Virus record (IMG/VR): IMGVR_UViG_3300038335_000071
Coordinates: 1-35,269 of that record
Length of the DNA stretch: 35,269 bases
Reading direction: 5' to 3' (one strand)
Source of the DNA: a virus
Lineage: Duplodnaviria > Caudoviricetes
A program made the position numbers and the translations under genes. This document shows, piece by piece, positions 1 to 8,994 of this stretch. The notes beneath the pieces were generated by a model. The model was not told the origin of the DNA. It was given only the letters and a program-made list of their open reading frames with translations, and made no database searches. Numbering within the stretch: the first letter of the stretch is position 1; every line of letters begins with the position of its first letter.

Positions 1-45
1 TAAATTCATACCGAGCAACGGAGCCGAGTGCGAGCTACCAAATGG

Positions 46-89
46 CCGGATGAGTTACGAAACCAAAATTCGTAACCATCCGGTTTTTT
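46..89 (+). terminator. Intrinsic terminator-like hairpin in the leader of the sigma-like gene
   Basis: CCGGATG-a-GTTACGAA (46-61) pairs with TTCGTAAC-CATCCGG (69-83), followed by T6. Confidence 0.65.
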
Positions 90-156
90 GTATTTCGTAA
101 CCATTCGGCTCTTTTACATATCTCACGCTTGGCTTCTTTCTGAAAGGAGCCAAACA

Positions 157-549
157 ATGAAAATCAATTACAAAGATGCTGACGGCAAACTCATTGACAT
201 CGAAGTATCTGAAGAAGTCGGAACCTTCTACCTTGAGTCAATCGAAGCAGAAAAGAAAAACGACCGAAAAAACTCACGTCCGGATCGACACTCTCAACTA
301 TCTACCTTTTCATACGAGGACATTCGCTACTTCAGTGATGATACAGACATCCTCGCAGACTTAATCGAATCCGAAGCCATAAACCATACCATAACTCGCC
401 TGAATGAACGACAGCAGTACCTAATCCGCAAGTGTCTGCTCGAAGGTTGGTCATACACAGATCTCGCCAAAGTAGAGGGCAAGGATGAATCCGCCATCCG
501 ACATGCCGTGGATCGCGCTAAGAAAAAACTTGGAAAAGCTCTGGAGTAA
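157..549 (+). CDS. Sigma-70 region-4 HTH regulator (small sigma-factor-like protein)
   Basis: SD GAAAGGAG before ATG 157. C-terminal LNERQQYLIRKCLLEGWSYTDLAKVEGKDESAIRHAVDRAKKKL fits sigma70 region 4. Confidence 0.8.
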   Translation: MKINYKDADGKLIDIEVSEEVGTFYLESIEAEKKNDRKNSRPDRHSQLSTFSYEDIRYFSDDTDILADLIESEAINHTITRLNERQQYLIRKCLLEGWSYTDLAKVEGKDESAIRHAVDRAKKKLGKALE

Positions 550-615
550 ACCGTCCGATTTATTGCTTTCTCCTGGCTTAGTTCATAAGGCAAAATAAAA
601 AGCCTTCAGAAAGGA
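550..615 (+). promoter_or_regulatory. Repeated phage regulatory element, copy 1
   Basis: ACCGTCCGA-N15-TGGCTTA-N6-AAGGCAAAA...GCCTTCAGAAAGGA; the same blocks recur at 4892-4964. Confidence 0.7.
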
Positions 616-626
616 AAGGTGATCAC

Positions 627-839
627 ATGAGACATGCACTTAAAATCAGTGTTTCAAAAGAACCGCCGGGCGGAGGAATCGTGGGCTGCCGAGATGTCAC
701 TATAAGGGAGCGATTGGTACGCGTTCTACTAGGTGATAAACGGAGGCTGACGGTCATTGTTCCTGGTGACAGCGTAAAGACCCTATCCATTGTTGAGGAG
801 GAAGGTGAAGAAGGTGAGCAAAACAAAACTGTTACTTGA
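627..839 (+). CDS. Small phage hypothetical protein
   Basis: 70-aa ORF with SD AAAGGTGA. Confidence 0.75.
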   Translation: MRHALKISVSKEPPGGGIVGCRDVTIRERLVRVLLGDKRRLTVIVPGDSVKTLSIVEEEGEEGEQNKTVT

Positions 840-1131
840 TGTGGTTGATAACATGCGTTCGCTGGCAGAGAGCATCCAAGCAGTTGCAGAAGCGATGGCG
901 GGAAGCGAAGTTACCCAGTCTGCACAAAAAGAACCACCGGCCGCTGAATCAAAGCCTATGTCCAAACCAGTCTCTCTTGAACAGGTGCGTGCTGTTCTTG
1001 CCGATAAGAGCCAGGCGGGATTCACAGCTGAGGTACGTGGGCTTTTGGAGAAGAACGGTGCTCCGAAACTCAGCCAGATTGATCCGGAAAACTATGCTGC
1101 TTTACTTGCGGATGCGGAGGCACTGAAATGA
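814..1131 (+). CDS. Conserved small phage protein typically preceding DUF2800
   Basis: Likely GTG start at 814 after a purine-rich SD. C-terminal VSLEQVRAVLADKS...LSQIDPENYAALL; ATGA coupling to the next gene. Confidence 0.75.
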   Translation: MSKTKLLLDVVDNMRSLAESIQAVAEAMAGSEVTQSAQKEPPAAESKPMSKPVSLEQVRAVLADKSQAGFTAEVRGLLEKNGAPKLSQIDPENYAALLADAEALK

Positions 1132-2255
1132 GCAATCACGCAATACTGTCCGCATCTGGAGCGCATCGCTGGATGAACTGTACCCCGTCAGCAAGGCTGG
1201 AGCGAGAGTTTGAAGATAAAAGTGGCGAAGCGGCTGCAGAGGGTACTGCAGCTCATGCCCTAGCCGAACATAAGCTTCGTAAAGCCCTTAAGCTGCGTTC
1301 AAAAAAACCAGTATCGCAATACGACTCAGATGAAATGGACGCTTACATAGATGGCTATGTGGAATTCGTGTTGGAGATCATCCAAGGTCTAAAACAAACA
1401 TGCTCTGATCCCACGATCCTGATCGAGCAGCGTCTGGACTTTTCCCGCTTCGTGCCAGACGGGTTTGGCACAGGGGATTGTGTGGTGATCGGCGACGGAA
1501 CGCTTCACATCGTCGACCTAAAGTATGGACAAGGAGTTTTGGTTCATGCCGAAGACAACCCACAAATGAAGCTGTATGCACTTGGCGCACTAAACCTTTT
1601 CGACGGCATTTATGACATCAGCCAAGTGTCCATGACAATCTATCAGCCACGCAGGGAAAACGTAAGTACCTACACAGTGGTTAAAGAATCGCTCTACCAG
1701 TGGGCAGAAGAGTGCCTAGTGCCAACAGCAAAGATTGCCTTTGAAGGCGATGGGCAGTATCGCTGCGGTGACTGGTGCCAGTTTTGCAGGGCTGCAGTCA
1801 AGTGTCGAGCGCGTGCTGAGGAAAAGCTGAACCTTACAAAGTTTGATTTCTCCTTGCCTCCCATCCTCACGGATGACGACATCGAAGACATTCTTTCAAA
1901 GCTTTATGACCTTACTTCCTGGGCCAATGCCATCGAGGCTTATGCTATGGACGCTGCGCTCAATCACGGGAAACGCTGGCGAGGATTCAAGCTGGTTGAG
2001 GGCCGATCAGTCAGAAAGTACAAGGACGTGGAAGCCGTCACAGAAGCGGCAAAATCAGCCGGTTATCGAGATATCTTCAAACAGTCCTTACTCAACCTCA
2101 CCGAGATGGAAAAGCTAATGGGCAAGCCAAGGTTCAATGAAATCTTAGGTAACCTCATCGAAAAACCGCCCGGAAAACCGGCACTCGTCCCCATAACCGA
2201 CAAACGACCGGAAATCAATACATCTGCAAAGCAAGATTTTAAGGAGGAAATGTAA
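1128..2255 (+). CDS. DUF2800 family PD-(D/E)xK (Cas4/RecB-like) nuclease
   Basis: HAILSASGAHRWMNC, EGTAAH, GTGD..IVDLKYG, and Cys cluster CGDWCQFC...C. Confidence 0.85.
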   Translation: MSNHAILSASGAHRWMNCTPSARLEREFEDKSGEAAAEGTAAHALAEHKLRKALKLRSKKPVSQYDSDEMDAYIDGYVEFVLEIIQGLKQTCSDPTILIEQRLDFSRFVPDGFGTGDCVVIGDGTLHIVDLKYGQGVLVHAEDNPQMKLYALGALNLFDGIYDISQVSMTIYQPRRENVSTYTVVKESLYQWAEECLVPTAKIAFEGDGQYRCGDWCQFCRAAVKCRARAEEKLNLTKFDFSLPPILTDDDIEDILSKLYDLTSWANAIEAYAMDAALNHGKRWRGFKLVEGRSVRKYKDVEAVTEAAKSAGYRDIFKQSLLNLTEMEKLMGKPRFNEILGNLIEKPPGKPALVPITDKRPEINTSAKQDFKEEM

Positions 2256-2256
2256 C

Positions 2257-2838
2257 ATGTCAAACACAGAAAACAGAACGAACACAACACCAAAGGCTAA
2301 TCCCACTAAAGTCGTCACAGGCGTCGTGCGTCTATCCTACGCCAATGTATGGGAGCCTAAGAGCATCAACGGAGGTACTGAGAAATACAGCGTGTCGCTC
2401 ATCATTCCCAAGACCGATACCAAGACCATCGACGCGATCAACAAAGCGATAGACGCTGCCATCGAAGAAGGTCGTGGGAAATTCGGCGGCAAAATACCGA
2501 GTAAGGCAACACTCAAGCTCCCGCTGCGTGATGGAGATATCGATCGCCCGGATGATGAGGCGTACGCCGATTGCTACTTTGTGAATGCCAATTCCAACGC
2601 TGCGCCAGAAATCGTGGACAAGTCGCTGAATCCCATCATGAGCCGTTCCGAGGTCTATTCGGGAGTCTATGCAAGGGTCAGCATCAATTTTTATGCTTTC
2701 AATTCCAACGGCAACCGCGGTGTCGCTTGCGGCCTTGGAAACATCCAGAAAGTCCAGGATGGTGAGCCGCTTGGTGGCAAGACGAGCGCTGCCGATGATT
2801 TCAACTCCGACTATGATGGCGATGACTTCCTTGGCTAA
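2257..2838 (+). CDS. DUF2815 family ssDNA-binding protein (T7 gp2.5-like)
   Basis: VRLSYANVWEP, LPLRDGD, YSGVYARVS, GLGNIQK, and an acidic C-terminal tail (DDFNSDYDGDDFLG). Confidence 0.88.
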   Translation: MSNTENRTNTTPKANPTKVVTGVVRLSYANVWEPKSINGGTEKYSVSLIIPKTDTKTIDAINKAIDAAIEEGRGKFGGKIPSKATLKLPLRDGDIDRPDDEAYADCYFVNANSNAAPEIVDKSLNPIMSRSEVYSGVYARVSINFYAFNSNGNRGVACGLGNIQKVQDGEPLGGKTSAADDFNSDYDGDDFLG

Positions 2839-2863
2839 GGACTTTAATGCAATGCGACGATTT

Positions 2864-2891
2864 GGGCGGCAGAATTTTCTTGTCGCCCTTT
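2864..2891 (+). terminator. Hairpin between SSB and polymerase (weak terminator or stabiliser)
   Basis: GGGCGGCA/TGTCGCCC stem with only 3 T following. Confidence 0.4.
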
Positions 2892-2908
2892 CCAACTGTG
2901 GAGGAGCT

Positions 2909-4876
2909 ATGAAAACATTATCGATCGATATTGAAACGTACTCGAGCGCCGATCTTTCAAAATGCGGTGTTTACAAATATTCGGAGTCTCCGGATTTTGA
3001 CATCTTATTGTTTGGCTATTCGATTGATGGTGGGGAAGCAAAGGTCATTGATCTTGTTGCTGGAGAAACCCTACCTGAGGAAGTAAAAAAAGCTCTGACG
3101 GATGACGAAGTTATGAAGTGGGCTTTCAATGCTCAGTTTGAGAGGGTCTGCCTTTCTCGCTGGCTATATCGGAGGGATGTAATAACCGACACGCATAAGG
3201 CCAAGGGCCAATTTCTGAGCCCTTCAGCCTGGCGCTGCTCTATGATCTGGTCAGCCTATATGGGGTTACCCCTCTCACTAGAGGGTGCGGGTGTCGTTCT
3301 GGGACTTGAAAAGAAAAAGCTCAAGGAAGGCAAAGACCTGATCCGCTATTTCTCTATGCCTTGTAAACCATCAAAGGTAAATGCCGGACGCGAACGCAAC
3401 CTACCAGCTGATGCACCCGATAAATGGGAGCAGTACAAAACCTATAACGCTCGCGATGTTGAAACTGAGCTTGAACTGCAGGCGAAGCTTCACAAGTTTC
3501 CTGTACCGGAAGCTGAATGGCAAAACTATATCCTCGATCAAGTGATTAATGATCGGGGCATTCGGCTGGACATGGACCTAGTTGAGGAAGCCATCCGCTT
3601 TGATGAGCGGGCCAAACAAGAACTGACCTATCTGATGCAGCAAATGACTGAGCTCGATAATCCAAACTCGGTCGCCCAGATGAAGGCGTGGCTTTCTGAT
3701 CAAGGCATGGAGACTGACACGCTGGGCAAGGCTGCTGTGAAAGAGCTTCTGAAGACAGCGCCTGAACCCCTCGGTAGGGTGCTGGAGCTGCGGCAGTCGA
3801 TGGCCAAAAGCAGCGTCAAGAAGTACTCAGCCATGAAAAACGCTGTCTGTTCCGATGGCAGAGTTCGTGGGCTACTTCAGTTTTACGGCGCAAATAGAAC
3901 CGGCCGCTGGGCCGGAAGGCACGTGCAGGTCCAAAATCTGCCCCAAAACCACCTGCCTGACTTGGAGCAAGCAAGGCAACTCGTCAAGCTTGGCCAGTAC
4001 GAAATGCTTGAAGTGCTCTATGATACAGTGCCGGAGGTGCTTTCGGAGCTCATCCGTACCGCTTTTATTCCGAAGCCCGGTCAACAATTCATTGTGGCTG
4101 ACTTTTCAGCGATTGAAGCTCGTGTGATTGCTTGGCTTGCTGGTGAAGCTTGGCGAAACGAGGTATTTGCCACCCATGGCCGGATCTATGAAGCCTCAGC
4201 CAGTCAGATGTTTCATGTCCCACTTGAGGAAATCACCAAGGGCAGCCCCTTACGGCAAAAGGGAAAGATATCAGAGCTCGCCCTCGGCTATGGCGGGTCG
4301 GTTGGTGCGCTCAAAGCCATGGGGGCATTAGATATGGGTGTTTCAGAGGATGAGCTTCAGTCGCTGGTCAATGTATGGCGTGCGGCCAATCCAAACATTG
4401 TTAGGTTCTGGTGGTATGTAGACCGGGCTGCTATGACGGCTGTTCAGGAGCGAACCGTTACGTCTACTCATGGCATTCAGTTTGAGTGCAGAAGCGGGAT
4501 GCTTTTCGTGAAATTACCTTCAGGCAGACAACTCTCGTATGTGAAACCAAAGCTCGGTCAGAACCGATTCGGAAACGACGCGGTGACCTTTGAGGGTGTC
4601 GGAGCAACGAAAAAATGGGAACGCATCGAGACCTATGGTCCAAAGCTGGTGGAAAACATCGTTCAGGCAGTATCCCGCGATCTTCTCTGTCATGCCCTTC
4701 AGAGATTCCGGCACTGTGAAATTGTAATGCATGTCCATGACGAGCTCGTCATCGAAGCCGACGCCCATTTGTCGATGGAGGCAATTTGCGAGCAAATGAG
4801 TCAGGTTCCACCTTGGGCTGAAGGGCTTTTACTTCGTGCCGAAGGGTTTGTGTGCCCATTTTACAAAAAAGATTAA
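2909..4876 (+). CDS. Phage family A DNA polymerase with 3'-5' exonuclease
   Basis: SD GGAGGAG then ATG 2909. Exonuclease motifs DIETY, FNAQFE, YNARD; polymerase motifs A (ADFSAIEAR), B (RQKGKISELALGYGG), C (HVHDE). Confidence 0.95.
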   Translation: MKTLSIDIETYSSADLSKCGVYKYSESPDFDILLFGYSIDGGEAKVIDLVAGETLPEEVKKALTDDEVMKWAFNAQFERVCLSRWLYRRDVITDTHKAKGQFLSPSAWRCSMIWSAYMGLPLSLEGAGVVLGLEKKKLKEGKDLIRYFSMPCKPSKVNAGRERNLPADAPDKWEQYKTYNARDVETELELQAKLHKFPVPEAEWQNYILDQVINDRGIRLDMDLVEEAIRFDERAKQELTYLMQQMTELDNPNSVAQMKAWLSDQGMETDTLGKAAVKELLKTAPEPLGRVLELRQSMAKSSVKKYSAMKNAVCSDGRVRGLLQFYGANRTGRWAGRHVQVQNLPQNHLPDLEQARQLVKLGQYEMLEVLYDTVPEVLSELIRTAFIPKPGQQFIVADFSAIEARVIAWLAGEAWRNEVFATHGRIYEASASQMFHVPLEEITKGSPLRQKGKISELALGYGGSVGALKAMGALDMGVSEDELQSLVNVWRAANPNIVRFWWYVDRAAMTAVQERTVTSTHGIQFECRSGMLFVKLPSGRQLSYVKPKLGQNRFGNDAVTFEGVGATKKWERIETYGPKLVENIVQAVSRDLLCHALQRFRHCEIVMHVHDELVIEADAHLSMEAICEQMSQVPPWAEGLLLRAEGFVCPFYKKD

Positions 4877-4891
4877 AGAAATTTGAAAAGG

Positions 4892-4964
4892 ACCGTCCGA
4901 ATCCGCCCTTTCTTATGGCTTAAAGCGAAGGCAAAAAACAAAATCTGCTGGCCTTCAGAAAGGA
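4892..4964 (+). promoter_or_regulatory. Repeated phage regulatory element, copy 2
   Basis: ACCGTCCGA-N15-TGGCTTA-N5-AAGGCAAAA...GCCTTCAGAAAGGA upstream of the antirepressor. Confidence 0.7.
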
Positions 4965-4974
4965 CGGTTCTAAT

Positions 4975-5754
4975 ATGAACAATTTACAGGTTTTCTCCTA
5001 CGAGGGGAAGGAAGTCAGAACAATCCAGGAAAGTGGCGAGCCTTGGTGGGTGCTGAAGGATGTGTGTGTGGTCTTGGAACTCAGCAATAGTCGGATGGTG
5101 GCTGAACGCTTAGATGAAGACGAAAAGGGTGTAAGCATTGTTGACACCCTTGGCGGGAAGCAAGAACTCACGGTAATTACTGAGAGCGGGCTTTACAACG
5201 TTATCCTGCTTTCACGAAAGCCTGAAGCACGAAAGTTCAAGCGCTGGGTCACCCACGAAATACTGCCAAGCATCCGCAAGCACGGAGCGTATATGACCTC
5301 GGACAAGCTTGAAGAAATCATGAACGACCCCGATGCCTGGATCAAGCTGCTGACCACACTTAAAGAAGAACGTCAGGCAAAAGAGCGACTCCAGCTTCAA
5401 GCTACGGTCGACAGGCCAAAAGTTGTCTTTGCAGACGCTGTATCCGTGTCAGACGGAACCATTCTCATAGGCGAGCTTGCCAAAATCCTAAAAGGCAACG
5501 GAATTGAAATCGGTCAGAACCGCCTGTTCGAAAGACTTAGACAGGATGGGTTCCTGATCAAGCGCAAGGGCACCGACTACAATGCACCCACCCAGAAGGC
5601 TATGGAGCTGGGCCTGTTCAAGGTCAAGGAGACGGCTATCACTCATTCAGATGGTCATGTCACGATCTCAAAGACCACCAAGGTCACGGGTAAAGGCCAG
5701 CAGTACTTCGTCAACTACTTCCTCGGTGGAGGTGGCGGCAATGGACAGATTTAA
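4975..5754 (+). CDS. Phage antirepressor (BRO-N + ANT/KilAC)
   Basis: EPWWVLKDVC, ESGLY, FKRWVTHEILPSIRKHGAY; C-terminal IGQNRLF, TTKVTGKGQQYF. Confidence 0.93.
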   Translation: MNNLQVFSYEGKEVRTIQESGEPWWVLKDVCVVLELSNSRMVAERLDEDEKGVSIVDTLGGKQELTVITESGLYNVILLSRKPEARKFKRWVTHEILPSIRKHGAYMTSDKLEEIMNDPDAWIKLLTTLKEERQAKERLQLQATVDRPKVVFADAVSVSDGTILIGELAKILKGNGIEIGQNRLFERLRQDGFLIKRKGTDYNAPTQKAMELGLFKVKETAITHSDGHVTISKTTKVTGKGQQYFVNYFLGGGGGNGQI

Positions 5755-6157
5755 TGTGGAGCATTATCACGACCCAACAGCTGCCGATGCCTTGGCGGCA
5801 GTGGAGCGAGAGGAAAAAGCAAAGACACGAAAGCCTTGTGTGTTCATCTGTTCACCGTTTGCCGGTGATATCGAAGGTAACACCATAAGAGCCCTAAGAT
5901 ACATGCGGTTTGCAGTTGTGCGAGGCGCGATCCCTTTCGCGCCCCACCTGCTTTACCCGCAGGTGCTGGACGAAGCTGATCCTTCTGAACGTGAGCTTGG
6001 ACTCTTTTTCGGGATGATCTGGCTCGGCAAGTGCGATGAGCTATGGGTCTTCGGCCGCCATATTTCATGTGGCATGGCGCGTGAAATAGCCAAGGCAAAA
6101 AAGCGCGGTATTCCTATAAGACGTTTCAATGATGTGTGTGAGGAGGAATTCGAATGA
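5741..6157 (+). CDS. Nucleoside-deoxyribosyltransferase-like fold protein (DUF4406-like)
   Basis: SD GGAGGTG then ATG 5741. FICSPFAGD, PFAPHL, CDELWVFG, GMAREI. Confidence 0.75.
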   Translation: MDRFNVEHYHDPTAADALAAVEREEKAKTRKPCVFICSPFAGDIEGNTIRALRYMRFAVVRGAIPFAPHLLYPQVLDEADPSERELGLFFGMIWLGKCDELWVFGRHISCGMAREIAKAKKRGIPIRRFNDVCEEEFE

Positions 6158-8511
6158 AGATCGCTATCGGCAATAGCCGTATGGATAAGAAATGGAAGAA
6201 CAAGGACATTACATGGCCAGCCTTCAAAGATATGGTGTGCACCACCAGACGCACCACCGAAACGGGGTCCGAGTTTCGTAAGCTGACGAAAGCTCGTCAG
6301 GATTCCATCAAGGATATAGGCGGCTTCGTCGGTGGTGCCTTACGGGAAGGCAAACGGCGAAACGGTTATGTGCTTTGCAGGTCCATGCTCACCCTCGATA
6401 TGGACTACGCAACGCCGGATACCTGGGTGCAGCTTGATTCTCTCTATGACTGGGCCTGCTGCCTCTATTCCACTCACAAGCATACCCCGGAGGCTCCACG
6501 TCTTCGTCTGGTTATACCACTGGCACGTGAGGTCAGTGAGGATGAGTATCCTGCCCTTGGCCGTATGGTGGCAAAAGAAATCGGTATAGATATGTTTGAT
6601 GACACCACCTATGAGCCCTCCCGTCTGATGTACTGGCCGTCGACCTCCTCGGATGGCGAGTTCGTGTATCAAGATAAGGATGGCAGCTTGCTTGATCCCG
6701 ACATGTATCTTTCAAGGTATGCCGATTGGCGGGATACCTCCATGTGGCCGACCTCGAAACGTCAATCGGAGATTCTTCAGCATAGCATCAAGCAGCAAAA
6801 GGACCCGCTAGAAAAAAGCGGTGTGGTTGGCGCGTTCTGCAGGGCTTACACCATCGAGGATGCCATCGAGGTATTTTTAGCGGGCGTTTATGAGCCTTCC
6901 GCGATGGAAGGCCGCTATGACTATATTCCCGCGGACTCCAGTGCCGGTGTGGTCATTTACGGCGGCAAGTTCGCTTATTCCCATCATGCCACAGACCCGG
7001 TCTGTGGGAAGCTCTTAAATGCCTTTGATCTTGTTAGGCTACACAAATACCCTGAGCTTGACGAAAAGGCATCCTTCAAAGCTATGTCAGAATTCGCTGT
7101 TAAGGATGCTCGGGTTAAGGCGGAGTTTACCCAGGAACGAAAGGCCCAGACCTTCGAGGAGTTCTCAGATGAGGAGGATTGGCAAAGTCGGCTTGAGCTT
7201 GAAAAGAATGGCAAGATCAAGGACACCCTGTCCAATATTTCCACCATCCTAAGGTTTGATCCGGCACTTCAAGCCATCGTGTTCAACCAATTCAAGAATC
7301 TGATCGACGTGATTGGTGAACTGCCTTGGCCCCAGGTGAAGCCCGGATGGGGTGACACCGACATTGCCTGTGCCAAGCTGTATTTTGAGCGCACCTATGG
7401 GATTTGGTCACCGACCAAGTTCAAGGATGCGCTGCTAGGCGTGATATCTGTGGAGCGACTTTATCATCCGATCAAGGACTATCTTAGAACCCTGAAATGG
7501 GATGGGACCCAGCGGCTGGACACGCTACTCATAGACTACCTGGGTGCAGAAGATACCCCCTATGTCCGTGCGGTCACACGAAAAACAATGGTTGCGGCGG
7601 TGGCCAGGATCTACAGGCCGGGCACAAAATTCGACTCCATTCTCGTGCTCAACGGATCGCAAGGTATCGGCAAATCCACCCTCTTTGCCCGGCTGGGTGG
7701 CCAGTGGTACTCCGACTCATTATCTATTTCCGACATGAAGGACAAGACTGCGCCGGAGAAGCTACAAGGCTACTGGATACTCGAGCTTGGCGAGCTTGCT
7801 GGTATCAAGAAGCTGGACGTGGAAACGGTGAAGTCGTTCATTACGCGTACTGATGATAAGTACCGCCAGTCCTACGGTGTATCCGTGGAAAGTCACCCGC
7901 GCTCCTGCATCATTGTTGGCACCACCAACTCCGACGGTGGGTTTCTTCGTGATATCACTGGCAATCGCCGTTTCTGGCCGGTGCGCGTCATGGGTCATGG
8001 TAAATACCATGCCTGGGAGCTTGCCGAGGCGGATCAAATATGGGCCGAGACAATAGAACGTTATAAAGCTGGCGAGGAGCTATTCCTGAAAGGCGCACTG
8101 GCTGAGGAAGCAGTCTCCCAGCAGCGGGATGCCATGGAAAGCGACGACCGTGAAGGTTTGGTAGCGGAGTATCTCGATACCTTGCTACCTGAAGGCTGGG
8201 ATAAGCTGGACCTTTATCAGCGGCGAAGCTTCCTCACAGGCAGTGAGTTCGGTGGCGAGACCAGAGTGGGAATCGAGCGCAGGCAGCAGGTTTGCGTCAT
8301 GGAGATCTGGTGTGAGTGTTTTGGCAAGAGCCGCGAGACTGTTAAAAAAGGCGACTCCTATGAGATTGAGAGCATCCTGAACAAGCTCGGTGGCTGGGTG
8401 AAGTTCACTGGCAATAAGACTGGTAAGAAGCATGTGCCGCTCTATGGTCCTCAACGTGTGTTCGTTCGAACCGAAAGTGAGGTGCAGGCACATGCCAATG
8501 CTGCTCATTAA
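6154..8511 (+). CDS. VirE/VapE family primase-helicase
   Basis: N-terminal primase-like LDMD, STHKH, RLRLVIPL; Walker A GSQGIGKST; GTTN, DITGNRRFWP. Confidence 0.9.
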   Translation: MKIAIGNSRMDKKWKNKDITWPAFKDMVCTTRRTTETGSEFRKLTKARQDSIKDIGGFVGGALREGKRRNGYVLCRSMLTLDMDYATPDTWVQLDSLYDWACCLYSTHKHTPEAPRLRLVIPLAREVSEDEYPALGRMVAKEIGIDMFDDTTYEPSRLMYWPSTSSDGEFVYQDKDGSLLDPDMYLSRYADWRDTSMWPTSKRQSEILQHSIKQQKDPLEKSGVVGAFCRAYTIEDAIEVFLAGVYEPSAMEGRYDYIPADSSAGVVIYGGKFAYSHHATDPVCGKLLNAFDLVRLHKYPELDEKASFKAMSEFAVKDARVKAEFTQERKAQTFEEFSDEEDWQSRLELEKNGKIKDTLSNISTILRFDPALQAIVFNQFKNLIDVIGELPWPQVKPGWGDTDIACAKLYFERTYGIWSPTKFKDALLGVISVERLYHPIKDYLRTLKWDGTQRLDTLLIDYLGAEDTPYVRAVTRKTMVAAVARIYRPGTKFDSILVLNGSQGIGKSTLFARLGGQWYSDSLSISDMKDKTAPEKLQGYWILELGELAGIKKLDVETVKSFITRTDDKYRQSYGVSVESHPRSCIIVGTTNSDGGFLRDITGNRRFWPVRVMGHGKYHAWELAEADQIWAETIERYKAGEELFLKGALAEEAVSQQRDAMESDDREGLVAEYLDTLLPEGWDKLDLYQRRSFLTGSEFGGETRVGIERRQQVCVMEIWCECFGKSRETVKKGDSYEIESILNKLGGWVKFTGNKTGKKHVPLYGPQRVFVRTESEVQAHANAAH

Positions 8512-8712
8512 AGGTAAGGCACACAGGTTGGGCAAAGTCGCAAGCCCTTCAGCTGGTAGGCTTCTAAGCGTGCTTGTTCCCATTGTGCCGATTCCTTATT
8601 TATTCGAGGTTTTAGTTATAAGTAGTAAAGGAGTAATAGGCACGTTTAAGCGCGTATATGCGCGTAAGAGTTTAAACCGCTTGGGCATGGACATGGGCAC
8701 AAGGAGGTTCTT

Positions 8713-8994
8713 ATGCGTGAAAAATTGACTGAACAAAAGCTGGTCCTGGCGGTGAAAGCAGCCGGCGGAATCGCTGTGAAGTTTGTTTCGCCTGGTTTTG
8801 ATGGCATGCCCGACCGCCTTGTCCTTTTACCTGGTTCAAAAATGGCCTTTGTTGAGGTTAAAGCGAAAGGTTGTAAACCACGTCCTTTGCAGCTTAGACG
8901 GCATGAGCTGTTACGGGCCTTGGGCCTTCTGGTGTATGTCCTAGACGATGAAAGGCAGATTGGAGGGATGCTTGATGAGATACGAACCACATGA
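8713..8994 (+). CDS. VRR-NUC domain nuclease
   Basis: SD AAGGAGG; GMPDRLVL, FVEVK, RPLQ. Confidence 0.9.
   Translation: MREKLTEQKLVLAVKAAGGIAVKFVSPGFDGMPDRLVLLPGSKMAFVEVKAKGCKPRPLQLRRHELLRALGLLVYVLDDERQIGGMLDEIRTT

Noticed and set aside
1128-2255. Cas4-like nuclease as a sign of CRISPR-Cas
   Set aside because: No repeat-spacer array or other cas genes; it sits in the standard DUF2800-DUF2815-polA module.
2669-2908. N-terminal extension of the polymerase in the ORF track
   Set aside because: It overlaps the SSB gene and a hairpin; the SD and first exonuclease motif point to ATG 2909.
8432-8728. 98-aa ORF spanning the VirE/VRR-NUC gap
   Set aside because: Overlaps both neighbours, lacks a clear SD, and the region is better explained as a cis element.
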